Shown here in pieces: positions 11,071-25,528 of a stretch of 57,046 nucleotides of DNA. Under the pieces are notes generated by a model, which searched no databases, was not told the DNA's origin, and was given only the letters and a program-made list of their open reading frames with translations. The position numbers were made by a program, and so were the translations under genes. The stretch comes from Basidiobolus meristosporus CBS 931.73 (Eukaryota; Fungi; Basidiobolomycota). The stretch is taken from positions 1 through 57,046 of the forward strand of contig MCFE01000569.1 of the NCBI GenBank assembly GCA_002104905.1, read 5' to 3'. How positions within the stretch are numbered: position 1 is the stretch's first letter; each line of letters opens with the position of its first letter.

Positions 11071-11985
11071 TATCTGACAATCTGGCAAGAGGTTTGCTCC
11101 AGAGCCCCATGCTGGACTACCAAGAGGAAGCGCTAAGATACCCCCATCGAACACCCTCGAAGTAGATTCCCCCGGAAGACAGCGCATATCACCGACCCCG
11201 GTAACCGTTGCTTGATTCCAAACATCAACAAAAAGGAGCAGGCATCCCACACATCACCTGGTTATTTGCTCGACGGGGGTGGAAAAGAGCCATGTTGCTT
11301 TTGTTTTATCATGATCGTTACAGGCCTGGCCAAATCCAGATACAAATCGACCTGGTGAGGTGGAGATAAGCTTGCCTCGAAATGGCCAGCCTGAGGGCAG
11401 TCTAATGACATCCAGAAATCACCCAACCTCCCGGCCACCATAGACTTCAAGGGGCCCCTCCCCCATTCACAGCACAATCCCATGTTCAGTGGTGCAGGGG
11501 ACCTCATCAATACTCCACTCCCTTCCCTGAACCAACCATATCGTACAATACACACCCCTCCCATCCCCGCAACCACCACTCACTACGAAATGAAACACCA
11601 ACTTGGTTGGAAACATCGGTGGCGTGCGGTTCAGAGGCGTCAGCTGGGGTATTTACCTCAGTTGGGGTGAGGCGTGGTTGAGATCACCCAGTGTGGGTGC
11701 TCGCGGCTCCGATAAGGCCCGCCGCCATTACAATCCAGAAGCATTGTCGAGCCCACGACGTGAGCGCTTGGCGTCAACAGAGAGTTTAGGATTTCTGGAG
11801 AGTGATTTATTTTGCGAAAAACCAAAGATCTTCAAGAAAATAAACAGGATACGGAGGGTGGGGAGTGGGAAAACGGTACGCTAATAGAGAAATGTTAAAA
11901 TCAGATGTAGGAATGGGGGATATATATGTCGGTAATCAGTCGCGAAACAGGTGGTGAATATCTCTAAAATCCTGTGAAGAACCCT

Positions 11986-14012
<2,027 letters not shown>

Positions 14013-14772
14013 TAAAACGAGAGGATGGTTAGGCTAAGTGCCAAGAGAAGAAAGAAGGAAGAGAGAGCACGAACTTCTGAGAGTGAACAATACGTCGCGA
14101 AAAGGGGTCTGAACCCGCAGGAAAAAAAGGGTACAGAATTGGAAAAAAAATTCTTGACGCATCTTTTCAAGGAAAAATACCAATTTAGCTCACTCGCACG
14201 ACATCATTGGTCGAAACTCCTAAACTTTCTCCTTAGATTCAAGGAAGGGCATCAACCCATGGAATCCAAATTACAGGAACATCGGACGGTGAGTCAGTCG
14301 AAGGGTTGAAAATTGTTGCAAAGATTCGTAGAAAATAAAACTGGATCCCTGATTCAGATTTGAGAACGTTCGTACAAAATTCACAAGCGCTGTCATGCAA
14401 TCCAATTTTCTAGAGCCAATCACTAGCCTCTTCCCATATGATCAGTTGATTGCGCTTGCAATATTCAATGAGAAGTCCCTGTAGCCGCCTAGGTATTTAC
14501 TAGTCAGTAATATGTATTCTGAGCCAGGATACCACTATTCAGCTGGAACACGAATCTAGCTGTCGTGCAGAGACGCGTTGATAGGCCTCGGGAATAACAC
14601 GCTTCAGTGTCCGTACGACGTAGGTTACATTGTGTGACCATTCTGTTGCTTCGTACACCGAAGGGGTACATGGTTTTTTTTCACTAAGCGTTTAACCAGA
14701 GAAAGTCGTCATAAATATGCTTTTTGCATTAAATGATAACTACCAAAATTAGTCTAGTATCGATGTTCAGAG

Positions 14773-15132
14773 ATGGAAACTTTTGGAGGATCAGCGGCAT
14801 ATGGGCTGGATCCCGTTAAAATGATGTCCCTTGATGGGACAAACATGAAAAATGTATCACAAGTTGTGATAGAATCCTATCCACAGTCGAATTGTGAGCA
14901 TGACTACCTGGCAGCTGTGAGCAATTGGCATCGCGTGTTTAAAGAGACAGGCCAAGATTCCTTGCGAATGAGGTGAGGTCAGAGTCAAGGTGCATCGTAT
15001 AGTGCACCAAAATCTTAGCGCTAAGACGACTTCCCATATCTTCAACCTGATAAATGCTGGTCAAAGCCATACGATGTGCTATGGCGCGAACGCGTATTCG
15101 CGGACTATTGCGAGTGTGTGGAAAGCAGCATA
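14773..15132 (+). CDS. Possible small two-exon hypothetical protein
   Basis: ORF 14773-14976 has a GTGAGG donor near its end; splicing to TCTTAG gives ~104 aa. No recognisable motif. Confidence 0.2.
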
Positions 15133-17438
15133 GGCATGGTCATGTACTCAGGTGCAACAGTTCTAAAGCCGGATTAGTGATTGGCGGTAAGCGATCCGAT
15201 GGACTCCACCCCATTCTTTGATGGACACTGCTAATTTAGTTGGTTGGTCTGTTGGAGGTATATGTTGGCCTAAAAACGATTGATGCAATTTTGGGGCAAT
15301 GGCAATAGCGATAGCCAGTGAAGGGCCGGTGCAAGATTTCCCTTAAAAGCCAGGGCCTCAAGATCTGGATTGATACCTGGAAATAGGGATAAACAAATGT
15401 CCAGCATAGATGTCCATATTTGTCTAAAAAATCCCTGACAAACACGTACTTTCAACCTGTAAGCAAACTAACCAACAGATCTGGTGTTTTTTAGGTCCAA
15501 ACGTAGGTTCGTGATATACACGTTTCTAAGATACACGACTCCATACTCGAGGTCATTCGAACCACCAAAACCATTTCATTTCGTAGCCCACTAAACCTAG
15601 ACTCATTTTCATGTCAACTTCTCGCCATTAAATAAGACACAGCAACGTATATTATATATAGTTGGAGGCCAAAATAAGTCAAGATGTATGACATGGTATA
15701 GGCCAAAAGTAAGTCAGCCAGCGTTTCTCTGGTGGCAAACGCCAGGTGCATGGTTGATGTTTTGAATTCTTCCCATTTCCACGATACATGGCATAGAGTG
15801 ATGATATTAGTCGCAAAAATGCTGCGAGAGCTCCCAACAGAAGCTGGCATCGGTATTCAGTCGGTTCAATCTATCAACCACGTAGTTCATCCATACAAAC
15901 AAATCAGTGTGGCTGTGATTTACAACAACGTTTATCCTGGGGCCAAATCGAAGCAAAATCAAGTCATAGAATGTCACTGATATCTGGAGCCACGCCTTGT
16001 GGTTGGTTCTTTTGTACGACACCTGCAAGGTTGCTGAATTAGAGTCATGGTGTCTCTCTTGACCTTGTGTAAACACGAGAAAGCCTGTAGCAGCTTGCCA
16101 ATATAGGCTGCTAGGTCCAACAATGCAAGGTATCTATTTATGGCCCAATGATCAAGCACATATCTCATTATGACCTTATTCCTTGGTGTTTCACACTCAA
16201 ATAGGCCACACCTCAAGTACCACGGTTGTGAGTAGCTCTTTGCTGCAAAAATCGGCGTTTACTAGCACATGTCTCAGTGGTAGGTGCTTCTAGCAGTTCA
16301 TATGGAGAGAGGGGTATACAGAACTTGGGCAATGTCTGATAAAGGTTTGTTGGCGATTGACCCATGTATGTTAGCCTGGTCCTCGGGCGTTTTTTCTGCA
16401 GTGTGCACGGTCTGATATTGGTGGGACAGTGAGTGAGCATTTTGGAGTAACTGAATTGATTGGTTATTCCCTCCAAGTTATTAGAATCAACCTCATTCTT
16501 TCTGGAATACCAAGGGTGGCTGGATTCGTCATGCCAAGCCACCAAGAGCGTTGGGCAAATGCAGGATTTGGAACTGAGCTGAATTTTGGACAAGCACTTT
16601 CATCTGTTCCAATCTCCCAGATATGGTTGGGGATCATTTAGTCATCATTACCTCGGATTATAGCAGCACTGGATTCCGCGGCTTATCTGTGAATGCTCCG
16701 TGTGTTGGCGAATTCTGATCCGAGCCACATTGGCAGAAACAGCATGTTGCGTGAACAAGCCCAAATCGCTACGAAGTTAATCCTTTAAGTGCTCCAAGTG
16801 GACCTTGTCTTCCACGTCGTGACCTGATGTGTGATAGACGGCTTGTCCATCGTAGGTCAATGACTTCATCGAAGTCAGTGAGAATCTCTCGGCTGTGTGG
16901 GAAAGTACTGGGGAAGTTGTATCGTCGCAAGTAACTCTTGGTTGACTCATTTGTATGGTGCCGATTGGTATGGGTTACTCTATCATGAACAAATCACAGC
17001 CTGTCTTCTGATCAGTGTTTAGTAATTGAGATACGGCAGTATTACCTTGAGGTGAATCCACTCATTTTGGCAAGCCATTGGGTGATTTTCTTTATCTCTC
17101 GACATAAGTGCACATGTTTTGGTTTTATGAAGGATTTAAACATGTGCCAATTTCTCGTGCAATCATATCATTCAGTGGGGTTAATATCAGGGAGTCGCGT
17201 GAGATTCGATTTTCAGTCGTAGCCCCAAGAGCACTTCGGATCCAGAGATCTGGGGTCGAGTTTTTGATCAAATATGCAGGAAGCAAGTCGTGCTACAGAG
17301 TCTATCGTTATTTTGGTACTATTCCTGCATTTTTCCAAGCTTCTCTGCAAGACATCTCTACTACAAATAAATAGGTAGCCCATTACAACACCCCGTCTTT
17401 TCTAACTCTTCACCTTGTTCCATAGAGACTCAATTGAT

Positions 17439-18765
17439 ATGGCGGTTTCTCACTTTGACCCCAGAAGACACGGTTATTTCGGTAAGCTTTCTATGGCCAA
17501 CCTACTTCCCGACAACTTGCCAACATACCTGTTCGTTCATGTCCATAGGTGCTGATGTTGGAGGGACTTTGGCTAAAGGTAGCTTAACCGGGAATATTCC
17601 TAGCCCGATAACTGAACTAACTACGCTTCAGTCATGTTCTACGAGCCCGACAATGACACTGTTATTTCGAAAGTACGTGAATTTGTGCTGTCGTCAACTA
17701 CTTATGGTTCAACCGGACAACGCGACACTCAGCTTACTGTAAACCTCCCCAAAGCCAAGCTTCACTTCATACTTTTCGAGACAAGTAGAATGCACCAAGC
17801 GATAAAACTTATCCGCAGTCAAAATATGCTGAGCGGAGTCAAGAGCATTTCTGTTACTGGTGGAGGCGCGTTCAAATTTTCGGAACTGGTGAAAGACGAG
17901 CTCGGCTGCCTTATCACCAAGAGGGATGAGATGTACTGCTTGATCCATGGTCTTAATTTTCTCCTGCGAAATGTAAGCAACGAAGTCTACTATTTCGTAG
18001 AGCCCGAGGATGATACGAACGAAGAGACGGCTATTTGCGATGTGCGTGAGGAGATGTTTCCCTATTTGCTGGTTAACCTTGGAACGGGAGTTTCGATCTT
18101 GAAAGTATCGGGCTGGGATGATTTTGAAAGAGTGTCTGGAAGCGGCCTGGGTGGAGGCACCTACTATGGTTTGTGTAGGCTTTTGACGCAGGCAAAGGAC
18201 TTCAAAGCCACCCTTGACGAGGCTGTCAAAGGCGACGGCAATGCCTGCAACATGACCGTTGGGTAATCCCTAAATATATTAGTGACTATTTCTTTTGGGC
18301 TAATTGAACGCCGTTAACTCGATAGTGATATATATGGTGGATCTTATGGATCTCTGGGGCTTGATGCCAATATGACCGCTAGCTTTTTCGGGAAGGTTAC
18401 AATGGAGGATTCTTATAGGGAGAACATAAAAGAGGCCGACATTTGCAAGGCGCTGTTGTATATGGTAACCAATAATGTAGGTCAGATAGCATATCTCAAT
18501 GCCCGATTACAGGGCTTGAAGAATATCTATTTTGCTGGCAACTTCCTGAGAACAAACAAGATCGCCATGAAGTATTTATCAAAGGCAATCCATTTCTGGT
18601 CGGGGGGTGAGATGAAGGCACTGTTTTTACACCATGAAGGATTTTTTGGGTATGTATTGTGTCTATGAATCCTGGTAGAGTCGGCTATGTTCACTCACAG
18701 TCTTGTTTAGTGCGTGTGGTGCGTTTTTGGATTCTGACCAGCCCAACACTTGCGAACCGTCGTGA
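17439..18765 (+). CDS. Type II pantothenate kinase (multi-exon)
   Basis: Spliced FGADVGGTLAK; VTGGGAFKF; EMYCLIHGLNFLL; YLLVNLGTGVS; ERVSGSGLGGGTY; VGDIYGG; YFAGNF; HEGFFGACGAF. Confidence 0.95.
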
Positions 18766-19388
18766 ATAGCCATGCCATCCGTGCCGGTGCGATGCTAGAG
18801 AGAAAAAGCATCCATCAATATGTACAACCTTCATTGATTTCGTGGATTGTCTCCCAGGAATCCATTTTCTCATCAATTTTATCCTGCCCCTCCCCATCAC
18901 AGTTCACTGTATATTCCCCACTCTATTAAATCCCAAAATCCGTTCAAACTTTTGATTCACAAGAGTGGTTTTGGGTTTTATTCTTGATGAAAAGGCGACA
19001 TGCGGTGAATCGTTTTCCCACCATATAACGACATGCCTATTTGTCCAAGCTCCAGACATTATTTAATATACACGAAGGACCTGCTTCAGGCTTAGGTAAT
19101 GTAGTGTTCCCCTTGCTTTGGCTCTGTTCGAGATACCCTGCTGCGCAACTCCATTTGTTTGTATAAATGCTGGCTCACCGTACATATATGTATACTTAAA
19201 TAGCTTCGTATATGGGATTGTCAAGTCTGAATTTATTATGACAACGGATGCTACACCTTCTCCAATATATACAAAGATTGTGAATATCCAGTTGGGTTCG
19301 AGTCACACAATTGGATATACAATCTCAAGATCAGGCCCAACGCTTGCAACTAGCAGAGCAACGGGGATTACCGTACGAAGTATACTGA

Positions 19389-19739
19389 TTAACAAAAGAC
19401 GGGCTTTCGGTCGTATTCATCAGGGGAATAGGTGTTGAAAACCTTTTCGAATCTGCTAAACCGAACTGACTTAATTGAGCGTGAACGCTTGCTCGGACGG
19501 GTCGCTAGACAAGACTCGAGCCCAGAGAAAGATCGGGTCCTGGTCACCTCCTTCAATCGCCAAGCAAAACTAACTGCAGGAATATGTGCCGAATAGGTGG
19601 ATATCGTATGAAGGGCAGACTGCCATAGCAGATAGCAGATTACCCAGTAATGGATGAGGTAGAGCACTGGGAAAGAGCTACTCTGCTCCATGACAATTGC
19701 AGCACTCCCTGGGCTCCATTCCATCGCTGGTTTTGCCAT
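19389..19739 (-). CDS. 116-aa hypothetical protein with a hydrophobic segment and a C-terminal PP1-docking-like motif
   Basis: ACCATGG start context; KSVRFSRFEKVFNTYSPDEYDRK resembles the spinophilin/neurabin and Bni4-type RVxF...TYSxxxYDR motif. Confidence 0.55.
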   Translation of the reverse strand: MAKPAMEWSPGSAAIVMEQSSSFPVLYLIHYWVICYLLWQSALHTISTYSAHIPAVSFAWRLKEVTRTRSFSGLESCLATRPSKRSRSIKSVRFSRFEKVFNTYSPDEYDRKPVFC

Positions 19740-21329
19740 GGTGATTAATTTAGAGATGGTAGGCGTTTACACCTTGTGGGAAGAAACCAATAGCACTTCG
19801 CTCGACGAAGAACAGAGAATGGGGTAAATATTCTTGATTGTTAAAAAGCATCAAGCCTGGGTTCGGGCGAGTGGTGCGCTCTTTATACCTTATTAGGGCC
19901 AATGGCATCCTATTTCGACCCCAACTCAGAAATTCATGTGGGAGTAGATTGATTATCGACGATGATCGTTTCAATTTCAAACACCAGTGCACAAAACAGT
20001 CGAGGGGTTCGGATGCACCAATCCGCACAAAGTATGAGTATCAACAACAAAGGCTCGGATTTGTGGGCTCCGTGGCGAATGAAACACACGCTATTTGGTT
20101 ATTTCTCGACCACCGAGGATTGCGCGATGACTATGTTGATAGACATCATTATTACATCGATTTTCGAATTTTAGAACACGAGAGGGTTAATTTTAGGGGC
20201 TGAGCGGTAAACAGTCAAGCCCATTGACCAGTCTTTCCCAACAGGACCATGCGCGCTTGCTCTCTGAGTACATTCGTTGGTTCCGTGTTTCTTCCTGATG
20301 AAAGATGGCATACACTCCGGTCTTGGATCAGGGGCTCGCGAATCCAGGTTTAATCACCTTCCTGGGGGGTGACAGGGCCGTATGCCTGGATTCCCACCGA
20401 CGTGTCCCCAGGCTCATCACGCTATATGCGCTTCGTCATGGCCCTGTAGAGTCCGGCATTGCTGATAACAGCCGCCTACCCAAACCAGAACACGCCTCAA
20501 GCCCAGTAATCACTGGAGCCATCACTGTGGAACAACGGAATTGTGCCCCATTCAGGAGTCGCTCACTTGACATTGTTCTCATATTAATTTTGAAGTGTGA
20601 AAGCATGATTCTAGACTTGGATTCATTCGGCAATGTTTCAACTGCGCGATCATTCATCAAATCCAAGTAAATAAATAGTATTCCTACAAATATCCACGAA
20701 CCATCCATGTCCATCGGAGTCACTTCTGAGACTCACATATGGCTCGAGTAGTCCCTGCATGAATGCTGCTTTGATCGCCTGTCCATGATTCACGATAATG
20801 CCGCAGTGTAGATACTGTGAAGTATGGCTCTACTCTCAGCCCGATTCGGCCTTCATTTGCAATAGGCCATTATAATCTTTGAATTCTTCCGATTGGTTTA
20901 TATCCATACGTTGCGAACACGAGCGTAGGCTATGATTTAAATATAGCCAAGATGTTAACCTCCAAACCAGCTCCTGAATTCATGTTAGCATAACTATGAC
21001 AAAAAAATTGTCCATATTTTTGAGGGGCAGATTCTGTATCTCAAGACAGGGCTAAAGTCAATTGAACTATTTCACGATAATAATTGCATATTCTCGATTT
21101 CAATCCTAGAATTCACCTATTTCAGTTGAATGATTGATGTTGTTTATTTCACCAGAACTCTGACCATAAACAAACGATCTCTAGCCAACCACAGCATTTC
21201 GCTTCAATAACGTAGAAATTCGCCAAATACCCAAATGCTAGGAAGAGTCACCTCTTCTATCATTTGAAAACAAATATCACGCGTCAGCCAGATATTTACT
21301 AGTTTGCAATAAACGACTTTATTACCATC

Positions 21330-22961
21330 ATGTCCTCAGCCGTGCCCATGGAGATATCGGAGCGTGAGCCTCTCAAGAGATTATACGAAGAGTTCCCTAC
21401 CATACAGGACGACGTTTCTGCTTTTGAAGGGTAAATTCACACGTTTTCATCGCTCGCCCAAATGATCTGGGGAAAGAACTAAATAGCATCTTTCTCCATA
21501 TATTATGGCACGCTTTGTACCATACTGGTCCCTTATTAACGCAACAATTTCAAAAATATAGAGTCAAAACTCAACTCAGCACTGAGAAATTCTTCTTTCA
21601 AGAGCTCCACGAACAATTTGACAAACAAGCAGGTCAAACTAGTGACCTGAAGGCGAAGCTTCCAGCATATTATGCTGCAAAAGCCGCTCGTCTAGAGGTA
21701 ATTGTACATTGTAAATTTGTGAGAGGCATAATCTCATCCTATACGCGTTGTTAGAAATACTTCGAAGAATTAAAGGATATCTACTTGGACGTGGAGACCA
21801 AAGAGAAATTCCTGAAGACTGTCCAAAAAGAATCTCATCTACTCCTCGACCAAAGTGACCTGGACCGTCAAGGTGCGGTTATATTTCACCGGGTATATAT
21901 TTTGCGGTACTTACGTTGTGTGTATCCCTGATAATAGAGAAGAAGAACGCCGCTCGTGGCAAAAGCTTAAATAACGCTGAACTGGTTTTCAGCGAGGTAA
22001 AGAGCGAGATTAGAGACATATGCGCCAACTCAATCCAAGGTATGGTGTATTTACCTGTGTATATTCCGCTAGAGTTTCCTGCTAATGATGTATGTTAAGA
22101 CCATGAGCAAACCATGAGGGATGTAAATGCACTTTCCAACCTCGTTGTCGAGACTAAAGAAAAGGTAAACCCTCCGAACCTCATGAGCCCTTACAAATGC
22201 TAAATTTCCCTCTAGGAACAAAAAATCGCTGACCTGACTAATCCTGAGAAGAACGAAGTAGTAAGTAATCTTGCCAGAATGTCTTGGCTGCCATTTGGTG
22301 TAACCATTTTTTGTTAGAAAATGGACCTCGAGAAGTCTCAGCGAATCCTGGACGAGCAGGTTAGTGGTGTTGACAAGAGTATGTTGTGCGAATACAGCTT
22401 GAATTGACATATATGGTTTTAGACTCAAGAGTTTCAGGATGTATATTCTTCAATTGAAGAGAAGAAAATCAACGTCAATGATCTCAAGTGGAAGATAGAG
22501 ACCCTTCAACAGGAGGTTGCCCAGCTTCAAGAGCAGCGGCAGGAGGCTGAGAAGAAAGTCCTTGCTATATCAAGCAAGGCTCAGAACCAGGATCCCAGAG
22601 TAGAGAAGCTTTGCAAGTGGTGAGTTGAGTGTAATAGAGTGTATATTGTACCGAAGATAGTAACAGTTTATGTGCTGGTCCTAGGTATCGCTATGCAAAC
22701 AACGGATACCGTGAGCTAGCAGGAGTTGAATCAGTGGAAATGGCCAGCGAGGCGGAGCTTGTCGTCCGATTCAAAATCCCACGGTTCTCTAACCCTGCTC
22801 TTCACATATTTATTGATCCCAGCACCCAAACCATTGAAGATGCTAGTGTGGTGAATTGGGATGGCGACATCACCGACATCATCGACTTTGCCAAGAAATT
22901 CGATAATCTCCCTTTCCTTATTGCTCAAGTCCGTGCTAGGATTCTCGAGTCATCCTCTTAA
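21330..22961 (+). CDS. Multi-exon coiled-coil protein, probable kinetochore Sos7/Kre28/Zwint-like subunit
   Basis: Exons give YFEELKDIYLDVETKEKFLKTV (Sos7-like TKEKF motif), a long heptad region (KINVNDLKWKIETLQQEVAQLQ) and a globular C-terminus ending NLPFLIAQVRARIL. Confidence 0.55.
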
Positions 22962-25528
22962 GCAATACTGTGCTGGTTTCAAGTACTCGTTCATAGAGTC
23001 TATACTTTGTTATTATTTTTCGATGAATGATGTGTCCCTTCAGTCATTTCTGCTCTTTCATTGCAGTGTTTTTTCTTCATGTTCAATAATTATGTTTCTC
23101 AGCTTTGGATACTTGGTCAAATTCTTGCACGGCTTGGGTGATGTACACTCTTGATATGATCATTAATAAAATCCTGAACCGTGGAAGGCGCTGGTCTAGG
23201 GATGATTGAATACGGGTCACATTTGGTGAGGGTTCCCTCTCACATGCCCTTGCACCACGGCCTACAAACCATCAGTGATCTGCTTCGGGCGACTGCAATG
23301 AATCCGATAAGGTGGCTTGAAGTACCACACAAACAACAACATCAAGCAATCAATTTCGAGATTTTTCGAATCACAGCTTGCTACTATGTGAGACCAACAG
23401 ATGTGTAGGGGTCTTGGATAAAACTGGAACTTCAAAGAAATGCGATTTGAGGCATTGTGTGTGGTGAGTTTGGTTACCCTATGGGCGTTTGTGCTTTAGA
23501 TGATCCAGGAGAGCCCGTCATGAAGATGCGCGATGGTGGAACGAAATTTCGGAACCCCAAGCGTGATTGTCAGACCAGTGCTGAATGGTTGACCACCGAC
23601 CACTGATCGACATGAATGTTTGGATGGCTATCGGTTAATAATTATTGTTGCCACAAACATCGTTGGTCCGTACATTCCACATGCATATACCACGCCAAGA
23701 TCCAATACTATCGTAGATAGCCAGAGGACAAAATCAAGTGCTCTGGCAGAATCATCGGTCTTGGGGCGGATATGACACTGTGCTATCGAGATGATGTGCG
23801 TAATCATGCTGAGCTATAATGTTTGGTATCAGGTGCCGTGTGTAAGCAACGGTTATCTCGACATGAGGCAACAGCCCAACGAGGAGTCTGGGCCTGCTCT
23901 CATATCACTCCTGATATCTCGGGTTATCTTTCCTCCAACACAGCATCCATGTGCACTCCTCAGATCTGTAATGCATATGGTCGCCTCGCCGAAAGCTGTT
24001 TGGGTTGATGTGGATGAATCCTTGGTCGAAAGGGGGAAAGCTGGAGAGCGATGTGCAGGTGCTTGAGCTGTCCCTGGGATGTGCAATGAAATCATCCAGT
24101 GACATCTGATTGAATATGTGTCAACTTCCCAAACCATCGCATGGGCAGCTCGACCACATCCAGCAGATGCAGCTGTAGGCTGGCACACGCTCGTTCTGTC
24201 CAAGCCCTCGATATCAGGCAGATTCATCGGCAACCTTGTATCCTCGTAACATTCAGAGGAGTCAAGTCCAGTGAGGTGAGTGGTGAAGGCTCGGAGGTCG
24301 CTGTGGTATCCCTTGAAACTGGGGATTTAACCGAAGTGGGCTGTAATGAAAGTTTGTAAATAAATTAAATCCAGCAAGTTCCAGGGTTCCATGAAGCACG
24401 ATTCATTGACATGACCTGCACAAGTCCAATACTTTGTTTATGACGCTCGGTAGTTTCACTCCGCTCTGATACTCGATACAGACATATTAGGTAATCGCAG
24501 TTCTGCCCTACCAGCAGCCGATTTCCTGGCGGATCGCCTCTGATCAGGATTCCGAGCTGGACGACCGGTGTGTGGTATCGTACCACCAGATGCCACCAGC
24601 GGAAGGAACAGAGTGCGCATACAGATTCCCCAACAAACCCTCCTAGTGGTCTTCGCGCCGAGAGAGACTCATGACTTCAGCACAAGCGGTATGGCTGACT
24701 GCCTTGTGACCAAGCCTCTGAAAGTCGATGGCTTGATCCAATTAAAGTTGGAGAGATCCCAGGATTGGCCAGCTGATTGGGTGTAGGCCGGGGTGAATAC
24801 TAAGTGATTCAAATGTCTTGACAACGAGGGCGGAAGTATGGTTTTGTTGGGATGAATAAAAATAAATCGCTCTACAGTAGCCAGAATTTAATTGAAACAC
24901 GTCCTCTCAAGTGGTCCTCATGTAGAGATATTAAAAATAAGGCTTACTGCTTTCAGCTTAATGCTTATATTGCCTTGAAGTAGAGTCATTGAGCTAGCTG
25001 CATCCCGATTCCACTTCGATCCCCCTATTCCGTGACACATCCTTGGCAATATAAATATTCTCCTTATCTAATCGAGTCGTCCTGACCATCAGCCATTCAT
25101 TGGATTTTCTCTCTTCTCATCCCTTCCTAGCCACCTCTTGTTACCTCTCTTGACCTCCTTGAACCTCAGGGCATCCAGCTTGAATAGGGTTGTGAAAGTC
25201 AATCTGCTCTTCCATAGGTAGTCGGTTTACTTCTCGGTCCAGTTCCTCGGTAGGTATTGAATCGATTCGTTTATTGTCCACTCGCATTGACCGGGTCTCT
25301 ATTCGGTAGCATTTACACCCCCACTCCCCTCGATTAATCCACCCATCGACCCACCTGGACCAACCTCCTGGCGAGGTGCATCCTACATTCAAACCAGCCT
25401 CTAACGCCGTGCATACTCCTTACCAAGTATGCTCTTGCTCTCCCCTAAAGGTAACCTATTCGGGCAACCATGTGTCATCTATCCATAGCCGACTGGGACT
25501 AACCTGTGATTTTGCATTTCTTCAACGC

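Noticed and set aside
11071-11900. GC-richer segment between copia fragment D and PABP
   Set aside because: Only short stop-interrupted frames; no recognisable protein, RNA or repeat structure.
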